Source: Thermoplasmata archaeon | GTDB taxonomy: Archaea > Thermoplasmatota > Thermoplasmata > Lutacidiplasmatales > SKW197 | Direction of reading: 5' to 3' | Assembly (NCBI GenBank): GCA_038874435.1 | Contig: JAVZCK010000001.1 | Span: 154,255 to 218,254, forward strand | Length of the DNA stretch: 64,000 nt | In this document: piece after piece, positions 1-10,688 of the stretch | Layout of the letters: every line of letters begins with the position of its first letter | Numbering within the stretch: position 1 is the stretch's first letter | Notes under the pieces: generated by a model | Told to the model about the DNA's origin: nothing | Seen by the model: only the letters and a program-made list of their open reading frames with translations | The model's database searches: none | Made by a program: the position numbers and the translations under genes

Positions 1-936
1 TACAGGCATCTGCCATTGCGACTTTATGAACTAACTCGTTATTCTTTTAGAGTAGAGCAGAGGGGTGAGCTTGCTGGCTTGAGGCGATTAAGGGCGTTCA
101 CAATGCCTGACTGCCACTCCTTCTGTGCGGACATTGAGATGGCAAAGAGGGAGTTGCTGGACAGGTTTAATCTTTCAAGAGAGATTCTCTCAGGCATCGG
201 TTTTTCAATTCCAGAAGACCTGGAACTTGCGTTGCGTGTAACTAAGGACTTTTATGAACAGCATGGTGAAGTTGTGCGGGAGCTCGTGCGAAGATGGGGA
301 AAGCCAGCACTGCTTGAAATGTGGGATGAGCGGTTCTTCTACTTTGTTTTCAAATACGAATGGAATTTTGTGGATGCACTGGACAAGGCATCAGCACTGA
401 ATACAGACCAGATTGATGTGGAAAATGCAGAAAGGTATGGAATAACTTTTACAGGAGAAGATGGAAAAGAGCATTATCCACTCATTCTTCACCAGTCCCC
501 ATCTGGAGCAATTGAGAGGGTAATTTATGCAATGCTGGAAAAGGAATTTATGAAGCAGGAGAAAGGTAAGAAGCCAGAATTTCCACTTTGGCTTGCGCCG
601 ACCCAGGTGCGGTTAATACCGGTTTCAGACCAGTTTGTTGAGGACTGTATTAAGATTGCAAGAGAGCTGGGCTGCCGTGCAGATGTGGATGATAGAGATG
701 AGAGTGTCTCAAAGAGAATCCGTGAGGCAGAGCGAGAATGGGTAAACATAATTGCTGTCTATGGCGAGAAAGAAAAAGCAGGCGGGAAATTGAACTTGCG
801 GATGCGAAGCGGTGAAAGCGCTGAGATGACTCCTGAAGAGCTGAAGAAATATGTGAGAGAAAAAACTGCCGGCTATCCATTCATCGGCTTGCCTTTATCA
901 CTCCGCCTCAGCAGGCGTCCCATCTTCCGTGGCTGA
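1..936 (+). CDS. thrS: Threonine--tRNA ligase, archaeal type (5'-truncated by window edge)
   Basis: Frame is open from base 1. Class II motifs [24 protein letters not shown] and [10 protein letters not shown]; anticodon-binding domain [14 protein letters not shown]. Confidence 0.95.
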   Translation, partial: YRHLPLRLYELTRYSFRVEQRGELAGLRRLRAFTMPDCHSFCADIEMAKRELLDRFNLSREILSGIGFSIPEDLELALRVTKDFYEQHGEVVRELVRRWGKPALLEMWDERFFYFVFKYEWNFVDALDKASALNTDQIDVENAERYGITFTGEDGKEHYPLILHQSPSGAIERVIYAMLEKEFMKQEKGKKPEFPLWLAPTQVRLIPVSDQFVEDCIKIARELGCRADVDDRDESVSKRIREAEREWVNIIAVYGEKEKAGGKLNLRMRSGESAEMTPEELKKYVREKTAGYPFIGLPLSLRLSRRPIFRG

Positions 937-1609
937 TATGCGAGTGCTCCATGTGAAAGACCTCGGATTGGTTCATCCAGAAGTGAGTGTTGCAAAGGAC
1001 AGGGAAATTCTGGAGCGGTGCATAGCCACCGGTGAGTGCATTCTCCATTTTTACAGGCGGGAACCACCAGCGGTTTCTGTGGGGCATGGCGAAAAGATTG
1101 AGGAAGCAGTTTATGTGGAGAGGTGCAAGGAGGATGGTGTAATTATCATTCAGCGTGAGAGCGCTGGCAGTGCAATTTACACAGATAGGAACACGCTGGA
1201 ATATGCCATTGCTCTTCCAGAGAAACTTGTGCCTTTTGACAGAAAACAGAGCTATGAGTTTCTGTGCAAACCGATTGTGGAGGCACTAAACACGCTTGGT
1301 TATCCTGTGGTGTTCAAGCCAATAAATGACATTCAGATGGAGGGAAAGAAGGTCTCCGGCAGCGCCCAGAAGAGAAGCAGGGGTGCGGTGCTCCAGCACG
1401 GGACAATTTTGCTTGTTGTGGACCATGAAAAAATGGATAGATACCTGAAGGTGACGCCCAAGCTGGCTGAAAAAGGGCTTGGAAAGCACAGTGAGAGAGT
1501 AAAAGGACTTTTTGAACATCATAAGGTTAATGAGAGCAGAATAGTAGATGAGATTGCGAGAAACTATGAGAGTTTGATAGAGGCAAAAATTGTATTACCC
1601 CATCAGTAG
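929..1609 (+). CDS. Lipoate-protein ligase A family protein (start may be ATG 938)
   Basis: RESAGSAIY (RxSGGGAVY-like), [17 protein letters not shown] and LQHGTIL motifs. Confidence 0.85.
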   Translation: MADMRVLHVKDLGLVHPEVSVAKDREILERCIATGECILHFYRREPPAVSVGHGEKIEEAVYVERCKEDGVIIIQRESAGSAIYTDRNTLEYAIALPEKLVPFDRKQSYEFLCKPIVEALNTLGYPVVFKPINDIQMEGKKVSGSAQKRSRGAVLQHGTILLVVDHEKMDRYLKVTPKLAEKGLGKHSERVKGLFEHHKVNESRIVDEIARNYESLIEAKIVLPHQ

Positions 1610-2800
1610 TAAGGGCTGGAGTGTAACCTCTATCAAGCATCTGTGAGCCACGAAAAATGCCGTGTTTTTTTCCCAGACATCGAGGCGAAGCATTCCTCCT
1701 TTTACAAGCACTTCCTTCGTGGTCTCGTTGAGGACAATTGCAGAGTCGGGTAGAATAAGTTCATGGCTTACTTCGTAACTGCGTTCCGTGTCGTTCATTT
1801 TAAATTCTACTGTCAGCGTGGTAAAGTAAAAAGGAGAGTAGTAAAGCGTGTAGTTGAGATGAATGGGGTCTGTAGCACGAGTCCCGGGTTTTCTCTGCAG
1901 TAAGCTCCAGCCGTGCAGGTCTTTCCAGTATTCGAAGGGGTCCACCTCGCTCCTGTCTCCCAGAGAGAGCAGATAAGCATGCACACTTGCATTTGCAGTT
2001 TTCTGGTACAATCTTGCTTCATCAAAGGAAATGGCTGTTTCCACCGCTTCCCTTACCAGTGCCTTCGTCACATTTGAAAAGTCGTACCCGAAAACCTCCT
2101 CAAAGGTTCTCTTCAAGAGGTAGAGCGTGATGTTTCCAACAAAGCCAAGGTAATCCTTGGTGCCATTTATGTCCTCCACCATTATTTTTTTCTGTTGATA
2201 TAGAAATGGCAATGTCACAGGAACCCACGAATCCAGATTTATGTCCTTAGTGAGCGAATAACCAGTTCTGTTGTCCACAATGGTTGTTGTGATTTTGCCG
2301 TTGATTCTGAAATAGACATCACCAGTGAAATTCAAAATCACACCGCTTTCGTTCATCATTTCATAATCGTATCTGAAAGCATTTAATTTCCATTGCAGGT
2401 TCTTGTGTGTGGCTGAGTAATCCGGGAAACGCATTGGCTGACCTCCAGCTGCAATACCAGTGAAAGTTCTCATGTAGTTCTTGCTCTCATTCTCCACAAA
2501 CTCAATCGGGTTTTCTTTGGTGTAAACGATTGCATTTGATTTGTTAACTGCGGAGAGCACAGCAGAGACACCCGCTTGCACAAGTAAGTCCTCATGGAGG
2601 AGAAGGAAAGCATTTAAACGGGAGTTCGCATGCTGCAGGTTGATGGCATCATTTCGCTGACTGGCAACCACAGCCATGTAAATGCCACTCACGATTGTGA
2701 GAAAGGCAACTATGACAGCAACAAGCGAAAATGGCACTCTTCCTTTTCTATTTAACTTCACAGTAGAGCATATGGCAGAGAGAAATATAGTTTTTTCCAT
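1595..2800 (-). CDS. Pilin-like/exported protein with probable class III signal peptide (start may be GTG 2761)
   Basis: KLNRKG|RVPFSLVAVIVAFL: basic stretch, Gly, then a hydrophobic helix. Many NxT sequons. Divergent from the pilus locus. Confidence 0.55.
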   Translation of the reverse strand: MEKTIFLSAICSTVKLNRKGRVPFSLVAVIVAFLTIVSGIYMAVVASQRNDAINLQHANSRLNAFLLLHEDLLVQAGVSAVLSAVNKSNAIVYTKENPIEFVENESKNYMRTFTGIAAGGQPMRFPDYSATHKNLQWKLNAFRYDYEMMNESGVILNFTGDVYFRINGKITTTIVDNRTGYSLTKDINLDSWVPVTLPFLYQQKKIMVEDINGTKDYLGFVGNITLYLLKRTFEEVFGYDFSNVTKALVREAVETAISFDEARLYQKTANASVHAYLLSLGDRSEVDPFEYWKDLHGWSLLQRKPGTRATDPIHLNYTLYYSPFYFTTLTVEFKMNDTERSYEVSHELILPDSAIVLNETTKEVLVKGGMLRLDVWEKNTAFFVAHRCLIEVTLQPLLLMG

Positions 2801-2860
2801 GAGAAGTTATATATAGGGTGTTCTCAATTAGGGGCTAAGATAACAGTTGCAGGTGGTGAG

Positions 2861-3817
2861 ATGAGAGGAATAACTCTTACAACCCAATACACACGAAGGA
2901 TGAAGGCAAGGAAAAGGTTAAGGATTTCCCAGGCAGGCGTGGCTTCCACCGTTGGCACAATCATGGCACTAATGGTATTCCTCGCTTTTCTGTCTATGTT
3001 CACAACGCAGTATGTCCCAATCTGGATGCAAGATAACGAAGTTCAGTACATGAATCAGGTTGAAAATGATATGTCTCGTTTAAAATCAAATATAGATATT
3101 TTAGTAGTAAATAATGTAGTAGATTTCACTCTCTATTCTCCAATCACGATGGTATCTGGCTATGTGCCTGTGTTTGCGGAGCCCACTCATGGCACTCTGA
3201 CCTTCCAGCCAAATCAGGGAATGATTAATGTCAGATACAACTACTCGTACAACACATCTACAACACCATATACTCCGATCCAATATTCCACGAATCTTAC
3301 TGGCGGATCAATTTCTCTTTATGCACCAAACCGTTACTATGTGGCTCAGACAATTGCTTACGAAAATGGTGCAATCATTGTGAGCCAGGGAGTGGATAAG
3401 CAGGTAATCACAGGTTCTCCACCCGTAACTGCTGAGAAGAAGGGAATCTACAAGAATTTTACAATTGCACTTTATTCACTACTTGGACAACCTGCATCTG
3501 GCTATGCAGAAGGAACAAAGGGTATTTACACATCTCTCGTTTATGTGGAACGCTTCAACCAGAGATTTTATGAGGATTGGAATATCACAGATAATGTGAC
3601 GATTGAATTCCAGACAAAGTATCCTTATGCATGGATGGAATATTACAACAAAACCTTCGCAAAGGCAAATTTCACTGCAGGCACTGATTATGCAATAACT
3701 GGCTTATCTGCCCTTTCTCAGGGTTATTACAAGTTTACCATCACAATTTATGGTTTAACCGATTTTACAATTGTCAAGGCCACAGTGCGAGCTTCAATTG
3801 AAGGTTCAGGGGGTTAA
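2861..3817 (+). CDS. Archaeal type IV pilin-like protein
   Basis: RKRLRISQAG|VASTVGTIMALMVFLAFL class III signal peptide; YENGAIIVSQ motif; first gene of the ATPase/TadC cluster. Confidence 0.75.
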   Translation: MRGITLTTQYTRRMKARKRLRISQAGVASTVGTIMALMVFLAFLSMFTTQYVPIWMQDNEVQYMNQVENDMSRLKSNIDILVVNNVVDFTLYSPITMVSGYVPVFAEPTHGTLTFQPNQGMINVRYNYSYNTSTTPYTPIQYSTNLTGGSISLYAPNRYYVAQTIAYENGAIIVSQGVDKQVITGSPPVTAEKKGIYKNFTIALYSLLGQPASGYAEGTKGIYTSLVYVERFNQRFYEDWNITDNVTIEFQTKYPYAWMEYYNKTFAKANFTAGTDYAITGLSALSQGYYKFTITIYGLTDFTIVKATVRASIEGSGG

Positions 3818-5445
3818 TGAAAATGGCTGAATCTACAAAGAAAAAGTTTGGGATAAAAATAAAGGTTCCAAGACGAGAAATTATTAAGAGTGCAACTGAG
3901 CTTGGCGGTGAGGGCGGCTCCATAACAGAAATTCCAAAAATTACAGATCCGAATATCCAGGAGCTTGCATTCGTCCCACAGAACCCCCCATACAGTTATT
4001 CACGTATCACCTACAACAACACCTCCAAGGAGTACCTTTATGAGGCAATCGAACCCAAGCTAACAATTAGGGAGAAGGAGGTCCTAGACCTTGTAAAAGA
4101 CACATTGATGCGAACTGTTGGCTACGACTGGGAAACCATGACTGCGAAGGATAAGGAGGAGTATCTGAAGGGCTGTGTCAACACCTATCTTCGAACAAGA
4201 ATGATTAATCTCTCACCAATTTCAGTTGAACGCATCATCTACTACATTATCCGTGATTTTGTTGGTTTTGGACCAATAGATGTGCTCATGCGAGATGAGA
4301 TGGTAGAGGATATCTCTTGTGATGGCGTGGGTATTCCAATTTACCTCTATCACCAGAAATTTGAGTCAATAAAGACAAACATTAAGTTTGAAACAGATGA
4401 GGAGTTGAACTCATTTATTGTGGCACTCGGACAGCGATGTGGCAAACAGATCTCAGTTTCAAATCCAATCCTAGATGGAACTACAACAGAGGGACACAGA
4501 GTACAGGCAACATATTCACGAGAGGTAACCACCAGGGGAGGCAGCTTCACGATTAGACGGTTCAAAGAAAAGCCGTTTACACCTGTTGACCTGATCACTA
4601 CTAAGACCGCATCTCCGGAAATGGTTGCTTATTTTTGGATTGCAGTAGAACATGGAGAATCAATAATTGTTTGTGGTGGCCCTGCAAGTGGTAAAACATC
4701 TACCCTGAACGCCATTACTCTGTTCATACCTCCCGCAGCAAAAATTATTACAATGGAAGACACAAGAGAGATAAAGCTACCACATGAGAACTGGATACCG
4801 GGTGCTACAAGAAGTGGCACTGGTGAAAGAGGTGCAGACGGGAAGGCAGCGGGCGAAATTGATATGTTTGATCTTGTGAGAGCTGCATTGAGACAAAGGC
4901 CCAACTACATCATTGTGGGTGAGGTGAGAGGCAAAGAAACCTATACAATGTTCCAGGCAATGGCTACCGGTCACACAACCTATTCTACGATGCATGCCGA
5001 CTCTGTGAAGTCAATGGTGAACAGATTAGAAAACCCACCAATTTCCACGCCGAGAATTCTTCTCTCAGCCCTTAACAATGTGATTATTCAGACCCATGCG
5101 AGAGTGGGAATGAGCATGGTAAGGCGAATCAAGCAAGTGATTGAGATTGTTGGCTTTGAACCAGAGACGAACGAGTTAATCACAAACACAGTGTATGAGT
5201 GGGACCAGCCCACGGACTCTTTCGTGTTTAAGGGTCACAGTTTCCTCTTTGACAAAATCATGGAAATGAAAAATCTCACACATGAGGAAATGATGGAAGA
5301 ATTCAACAGAAGAGTTGAAGTGGTGAATTACATGGTGCGCAAGAACATAACTGACTACAGGAAGCTTGCAAACATAATTGTGGCATATTTCAAGGACCCA
5401 AAAGATACAATTGAGAAGATAAGAGGTGATAAATTTGTCTCCTGA
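3817..5445 (+). CDS. Type II/IV secretion (pilus assembly) ATPase, VirB11/FlaI family
   Basis: Walker A GGPASGKT; EDTREI; LRQRPNYIIVGEVRG; GHTTYSTMHA. Confidence 0.93.
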   Translation: MKMAESTKKKFGIKIKVPRREIIKSATELGGEGGSITEIPKITDPNIQELAFVPQNPPYSYSRITYNNTSKEYLYEAIEPKLTIREKEVLDLVKDTLMRTVGYDWETMTAKDKEEYLKGCVNTYLRTRMINLSPISVERIIYYIIRDFVGFGPIDVLMRDEMVEDISCDGVGIPIYLYHQKFESIKTNIKFETDEELNSFIVALGQRCGKQISVSNPILDGTTTEGHRVQATYSREVTTRGGSFTIRRFKEKPFTPVDLITTKTASPEMVAYFWIAVEHGESIIVCGGPASGKTSTLNAITLFIPPAAKIITMEDTREIKLPHENWIPGATRSGTGERGADGKAAGEIDMFDLVRAALRQRPNYIIVGEVRGKETYTMFQAMATGHTTYSTMHADSVKSMVNRLENPPISTPRILLSALNNVIIQTHARVGMSMVRRIKQVIEIVGFEPETNELITNTVYEWDQPTDSFVFKGHSFLFDKIMEMKNLTHEEMMEEFNRRVEVVNYMVRKNITDYRKLANIIVAYFKDPKDTIEKIRGDKFVS

Positions 5446-6448
5446 GGTCACAAGCAGGTTTGATGCCCTTGACACTAAGAAATCATATCTGAAGACGCAG
5501 AAGGCAGGGGCCCAGCGTGAATTGCTTTCAAGCCATGTGGTTAAATTACCCAAGGGCGTGCTGCCTCAGTATGCACAACTGACTCCTCTTCAGCAAACTG
5601 CATGGAAGATGTTTGGACCAAAAGCAGAAGTGAAGGCAAGGATGAATCAGAAACTAGAGGACGACATGCTTAAAGCCCACATGAGAATTAGACCAGAGGA
5701 ATACATTGCATATGCCTGGTTTATCACAATGATTGCAGGAATTGCGCTCTCCGTAACTGGTGTGGTATTGGGAGTAATTTTAGCATTGATTGGCAATCTC
5801 ATAGCAGGGGTTCTTATTGCAGTTGTCCTCCCAGTGGTTGGAACAATTCTCACTTATTTCATAATGCTGTCTCTCCCTTCATCAAGAGCCAAGGCAAGGG
5901 CAAGGGACATAGATAAAAAAATCTCGCCTGCAATGAGCTTCGTTTCTGCAATGGCATCTGCAGATGTGAACATTGATGTAATTTTTAAGGAGTTAGCCAG
6001 GCAACCAATCTACGGTGAAATAAAGGAGGAGGCGGGTTGGATAACTAGGGACACTGAGTTGTTGGGGGTAGACATTCTTACTGCAATTAAGAAAGGGGCG
6101 ACCAGAACGCCATCTGCCAAATTCCAGGATTTCTTGCAAGGTGTGGTGACAACAACAACTTCAGGTGGTCAGTTGAAACCCTATTTCCTCACGAAGGCAG
6201 AGCAGTACGAGAAAGAGGCAAAATTGGAGATGTCCAAGCGCCTTGAAACTCTTGGTATGCTTGCCGAGACCTTTGTGACAGTTGTGGTTGCATTTCCGCT
6301 TTTCCTTGTGGTGATCATGGCAATTATGGCCCTTGTTGGTGGGCAGGGGAGGTTCATACTTAACATTCTGTACGCAATAGTGTTTCTGATGATTCCGATG
6401 TCTCAGTTTGGCTTCATCTTTGTGATATGGAACATGAGTCAGGAGTGA
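5426..6448 (+). CDS. TadC/type II secretion F-family membrane platform protein (start may be TTG 5435)
   Basis: Several TM helices; LGVDILTAIKK..RTPSAKFQDFLQG motif; follows the ATPase. Confidence 0.88.
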   Translation: MINLSPEVTSRFDALDTKKSYLKTQKAGAQRELLSSHVVKLPKGVLPQYAQLTPLQQTAWKMFGPKAEVKARMNQKLEDDMLKAHMRIRPEEYIAYAWFITMIAGIALSVTGVVLGVILALIGNLIAGVLIAVVLPVVGTILTYFIMLSLPSSRAKARARDIDKKISPAMSFVSAMASADVNIDVIFKELARQPIYGEIKEEAGWITRDTELLGVDILTAIKKGATRTPSAKFQDFLQGVVTTTTSGGQLKPYFLTKAEQYEKEAKLEMSKRLETLGMLAETFVTVVVAFPLFLVVIMAIMALVGGQGRFILNILYAIVFLMIPMSQFGFIFVIWNMSQE

Positions 6449-7434
6449 TGAAAATGGCAGAGAATATTTTTGGAGGCAAGGAAGAGAAAATTCCTACAGC
6501 GAAGAAGATCCTGATAATCTCAGGGTGCATCGCTGCAGTTTTCTTTATTATAGGAGTTTTGAATGTGATTCCTGTGGATAAGAACAATCCTGATAAGACA
6601 ATAATTATGACACCATTTAAACAGTACGACTATAATTTTGATGGCCAGATGGAACCAGAAAATGCACTTAATAGGGCACTGGACTTCTTTGTACTCGGCA
6701 TTGCAATTTTGATTGGTCCTTATGGGTTCTATAAGAGTATGGAGTTAAGTAGAGTTCGTGCAATTGAAGAACGACTTCCTGAGTTTCTGAGAGATGTGGC
6801 CGAGGCAGGAAGGTTCGGTATGACGCTTGCGGAAGCAATTGTGGTTGCCTCCACTGGAAGATATGGAAAGCTTACACCTGAAATAAGAAAAATGGCAGCA
6901 CAGATTGAATGGGGTGTGCCTGCTGCAGAAGCATTGCGTCTCTTCTCCCAGCGTGTGAATACCCCAGCAGTACGAAGATGTGTAGCGATAATTACAAAGG
7001 CAAACGACGCAGGAGGTAATGTTGCAGATGTGCTTTCAATGGTTGCCCATGACACGAAAGAGGTTCAACTCATGGAGGCCCAGAAGCGAATTTCAATGAC
7101 CACGTACCTTACTGTTATCTACATAGCGTTCTTTGTGTTCATCGTCACAATAATGATTCTGAATGCTACATTCTTGCCTCAGATGGCGAAGGCAGGTAAG
7201 AGTGTAGAGGAAGGGGCACAGCAGCTCGGCGGTGGCGGTGGTGCTAGTGCCACAAAAATAGAATACAAACTCATCCCAGAGATTATGTTTGTGATGTTTG
7301 TTTCTGTGATAATCCATGCAATAGGCGATGGAATTCTCGCAGGTGTCATAATCACTGGTAAGATTGCAACTGGACTCCAACATAGTTTCATAATGGTAGT
7401 TATCGGTTGGCTTCTGATGAGGTTTATGGTGTGA
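6448..7434 (+). CDS. Second TadC/type II secretion F-family membrane protein
   Basis: ERLPEFLRDVAEAGRFGMTL, YGKLTPEIRKMAAQIEWG and AGGNVADVL motifs; TM helices. Confidence 0.9.
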   Translation: MKMAENIFGGKEEKIPTAKKILIISGCIAAVFFIIGVLNVIPVDKNNPDKTIIMTPFKQYDYNFDGQMEPENALNRALDFFVLGIAILIGPYGFYKSMELSRVRAIEERLPEFLRDVAEAGRFGMTLAEAIVVASTGRYGKLTPEIRKMAAQIEWGVPAAEALRLFSQRVNTPAVRRCVAIITKANDAGGNVADVLSMVAHDTKEVQLMEAQKRISMTTYLTVIYIAFFVFIVTIMILNATFLPQMAKAGKSVEEGAQQLGGGGGASATKIEYKLIPEIMFVMFVSVIIHAIGDGILAGVIITGKIATGLQHSFIMVVIGWLLMRFMV

Positions 7435-7443
7435 GGTGATGAA

Positions 7444-9135
7444 ATGGCTACAACTGAAAAAGAAACGAAATCCCTTCCAATAGGGCTTCGAATTGCAGGC
7501 ATTTTCTTAAAATCTAAACCAAGGAAAATCATGATGCCAAAGACCGTCCAGTCCTCTCTTACAGGACGTGGCATTGAGGGAGTAACAGTAATTCCTCCGA
7601 TTGCTGAGAAACACATAAATGAAATAGAGGTACAGCCTATACAGCCTGGCTATTCATATGTTAGAATAAAATATGATACAATTTCTAATGAATATCTATA
7701 TGAAGTCATTGAACCTGTACTCACTACAGATGAAGAATTTATTCTTGATTTTCTGAAGGGGAAGCTCATTGATGCATTTGAGATGATTGAGTTGGAGGAC
7801 CCAAAAGAGAGAGAAAAATATCTCAGAGAGCTGGCGATAAAGGTTCTCAGAGAAAATGAGATTCACCTCAACCCAGTTAGCAAAGAGAAGATTTTGTATT
7901 ATGTCGTTCGTGATTTTCTTGGTTATGGGCTCATAGGAGTTCCTATGATCGACCCACAGGTGGAGGATATTTCCTGCGATGGTGTGAAAATCCCAATATA
8001 CATTTTCCACAGAAAGTATGGGTCCATTAAATCCAATCTGCGATTCCAGTCGCACAAGGAATTGGATGGTTTCGTTGTCTGGCTCGTGCAGCGATGCGGA
8101 AAGCACATTTCAGTCGCGAGCCCGATGGTAGATGCTACAGTGCCAGATGGTTCAAGATTGCAGGCAACATTGGGTGAGCATGTCACAAAGAGGGGTTCTT
8201 CTTTCACAATTAGGCGTTTCAGGGAGAATCCATTTACTCCGGTGGACTTGCTCAAGTTCAAAACAATGTCAACTGAGATGATGGCATATATCTGGATTGC
8301 GATAGAGTCAGGGCAGTCCATGATGGTTTGTGGTGGCACTGCAAGTGGAAAGACCACAACGCTCAACGCTGTCTTGTTGTTTATCCCACCGCAAATGAAA
8401 ATAGTGAGCATTGAGGACACGAGAGAACTCAACCTCCCCCATGAAAACTGGATTCCCTCGCTTACAAGGTCTGGCTTTGGTGGCAAAAACCTGATTACAG
8501 GAAAAGCAGCAGGTGAAATTGACATGTTCGATCTACTCACTGCTGCCCTTCGTCAAAGACCGCAATACCTGATGGTTGGTGAGGTAAGAGGTGCAGAGGC
8601 CTACATTGTGTTCCAGGCGATGGCTACGGGTAAGACATGCTATACCACATTCCATGCAGAATCAGTGGCTGCAATGGTGCACCGTATGGAAAACCCACCA
8701 ATCAACTTACCAAGGGCTCTTGTTGCTGCCCTTAACATTGTGCTGTTGCAAGGACAAGTTAAAGTTGGAACAAAGATGACCAGACGTGTCAAAAACCTTA
8801 CAGAAATCGTGGGTATCGACCCAGAAACTAACGAATTAATTACGAACTCGGTTTATTCATGGAATCCTGCAGATGACACCTTCAGTTACAGTGGTCACAG
8901 TTATGTTTATGAAAAGGTGGCTGCGTCTAAGAACTGGAGCATGAAGGAAATGGAAAGAGAAGTAAAGAGAAGATGTGACATTCTTGAATACATGAAGCTT
9001 ATAGAATCCCAACGGCCCAAAGACAATCCGTTCACCTACAAGGATGTGGCAAGATTGGTTTCATGGTATTATAAGGAGCCAGATGCTGTGATGGAAACAG
9101 TGCGTCAGGCCCTTGCTACCCAACAGCAAAAATAA
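7444..9135 (+). CDS. Second type II/IV secretion ATPase, VirB11/FlaI family
   Basis: Walker A GGTASGKT; SIEDTREL; LRQRPQYLMVGEVRG; clear paralog of 3817..5445. Confidence 0.93.
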   Translation: MATTEKETKSLPIGLRIAGIFLKSKPRKIMMPKTVQSSLTGRGIEGVTVIPPIAEKHINEIEVQPIQPGYSYVRIKYDTISNEYLYEVIEPVLTTDEEFILDFLKGKLIDAFEMIELEDPKEREKYLRELAIKVLRENEIHLNPVSKEKILYYVVRDFLGYGLIGVPMIDPQVEDISCDGVKIPIYIFHRKYGSIKSNLRFQSHKELDGFVVWLVQRCGKHISVASPMVDATVPDGSRLQATLGEHVTKRGSSFTIRRFRENPFTPVDLLKFKTMSTEMMAYIWIAIESGQSMMVCGGTASGKTTTLNAVLLFIPPQMKIVSIEDTRELNLPHENWIPSLTRSGFGGKNLITGKAAGEIDMFDLLTAALRQRPQYLMVGEVRGAEAYIVFQAMATGKTCYTTFHAESVAAMVHRMENPPINLPRALVAALNIVLLQGQVKVGTKMTRRVKNLTEIVGIDPETNELITNSVYSWNPADDTFSYSGHSYVYEKVAASKNWSMKEMEREVKRRCDILEYMKLIESQRPKDNPFTYKDVARLVSWYYKEPDAVMETVRQALATQQQK

Positions 9136-9987
9136 ATGTCTTACATCACGGCTTTTGATCCGTGGCAAAACAAGGCATGTACCTGTCCTCCCAAATATTC
9201 TTTTAATCCCTACACGGGCTGTGCCCATGCTTGCGTTTATTGCTACATTACCAGTTACATTCCTGATGCCTTCCATTTGAGAAAGAAAAGAGATGTACTG
9301 AGAACAGTGGCAAGAGAGTGCGGAAAACTGGAGCAAAACAGGTACATCAGCATGAGCAACAGCTCAGACCCGTATCCTCCAGTTGAAAAGGATGAGGGAA
9401 TAACGAGAAATGTGCTAAAAATTTTCAGGGAACATGGATTTCAGGTGTTGATAATCACAAAATCAGATATCGTGACAAGGGATGTAGATATTCTCGAAAC
9501 TATGAATGCGGTAGTTTCCATCACAATCACAACAATTGATGATGAAATTGCTAAACTGCTGGAGCCAAAAGCACCTCTGCCATCAAGGAGAATTAAAGCG
9601 CTTGAGAAGTTAAGCGAGAAAGTGCCATGTGTAGTTAGGATAGACCCTTTAATTCCAGGTATTAACGAAAATTTTGAGGAAGTGGTTGAAGTAGTTGCTC
9701 CATATGCCAAACATTGTGTGTTTTCCACATTTAAAGTGCGGAAGGATGCGCTTGCAAGAATTGTATCTGTATTTCCAGAAGTGAAGGAAAAACTACAGAA
9801 TCTTTATTTCAAAAACCCTGTGATTGTTGGCAATTCATACTATCTCCCAGAAGGGATTAGAGCACAGGTGCTTCAGAGAGCAAAGGAGGTCTGTAAAAGG
9901 CACAACCTTGCGTTTTCTTCCTGTAGAGAAATGCTGCCGCAGTTGAATGATGCTGGGTGTGACGGAAGCGGCTGGTTGCAGAGATGA
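9136..9987 (+). CDS. Radical SAM protein, spore photoproduct lyase-like family
   Basis: NPYTGCAHACVYCY (CxxxCxxC), SDPYPPVE and ITKSD motifs. Confidence 0.85.
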   Translation: MSYITAFDPWQNKACTCPPKYSFNPYTGCAHACVYCYITSYIPDAFHLRKKRDVLRTVARECGKLEQNRYISMSNSSDPYPPVEKDEGITRNVLKIFREHGFQVLIITKSDIVTRDVDILETMNAVVSITITTIDDEIAKLLEPKAPLPSRRIKALEKLSEKVPCVVRIDPLIPGINENFEEVVEVVAPYAKHCVFSTFKVRKDALARIVSVFPEVKEKLQNLYFKNPVIVGNSYYLPEGIRAQVLQRAKEVCKRHNLAFSSCREMLPQLNDAGCDGSGWLQR

Positions 9988-9989
9988 CA

Positions 9990-10544
9990 CTACTCGATTA
10001 TCTCTGCATTCCTTGTAAGATATGCCAAATCTTGCTGCGAAAACATTTCTTTCATTACCGGTAGAATAAGAATTGAATTTGTGCGGAGAAGCTGGTCATA
10101 GAGGGTTTCTATCATCCGCATCACCGCAGGAAACTTGTTGTTAAGAATGAGAGTATCTAGGCAGTCTATAAGAACCACACAACCTGGCTTTTTTTCGATC
10201 ATTTCTGCAAGGTATCTTGATAGAATCCCAATGCTTGTAGGCGGGAGATTGTTTTTACCTGCTACACTTGTAAGCCAGATAAAAATTTCTGTTTGAACTC
10301 CATACTCTTCCATTATGCGCTCAGCACTGTTCCTTGATACGCAGATTGCAGTTTTGCCAGCATTCAGAAGGTCCTTGAGCAGCATGTAGCTTACTTTTGG
10401 CTTTGTCTCAAATACCACATACATCCTACCTTGCTTCAATTCTTTCCCATCTGTCTTCTTAGCAATTTTTTCTTTCAATTGTCTGAGAAAGTCCTCCTCG
10501 GACACATGTGTTCCACCCGTGATGTATTTTCTCTCTTCAGCCAT
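9990..10544 (-). CDS. DUF835-like (inactivated KaiC/RecA-fold) protein
   Basis: AICVSR, FIWLT and VVLIDCLDTLILNNKF pattern; GGTGA RBS before ATG 10544. Confidence 0.75.
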   Translation of the reverse strand: MAEERKYITGGTHVSEEDFLRQLKEKIAKKTDGKELKQGRMYVVFETKPKVSYMLLKDLLNAGKTAICVSRNSAERIMEEYGVQTEIFIWLTSVAGKNNLPPTSIGILSRYLAEMIEKKPGCVVLIDCLDTLILNNKFPAVMRMIETLYDQLLRTNSILILPVMKEMFSQQDLAYLTRNAEIIE

Positions 10545-10688
10545 CAGGTCACCCTTTGGTATGCTGCAAATCTGCAAATTTTCACAATAATAATGATGTG
10601 TGATATATATTCATTTTGGAGGTTTGACTGCTGAGGCAATGATAATTTATATATATTCTGATAATCTCTCCATTCACACGCATGGGTT

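Noticed and set aside
3817..9135. Archaellum operon
   Set aside because: No archaellin, FlaH, FlaF or FlaG recognised in the cluster; two TadC-like genes fit a pilus-type system better.
10590..10640. Possible C/D box sRNA (ATGATG...CTGA) upstream of tRNA-His
   Set aside because: The C box is imperfect, no clear internal boxes are present, and the region is an AT-rich divergent promoter.
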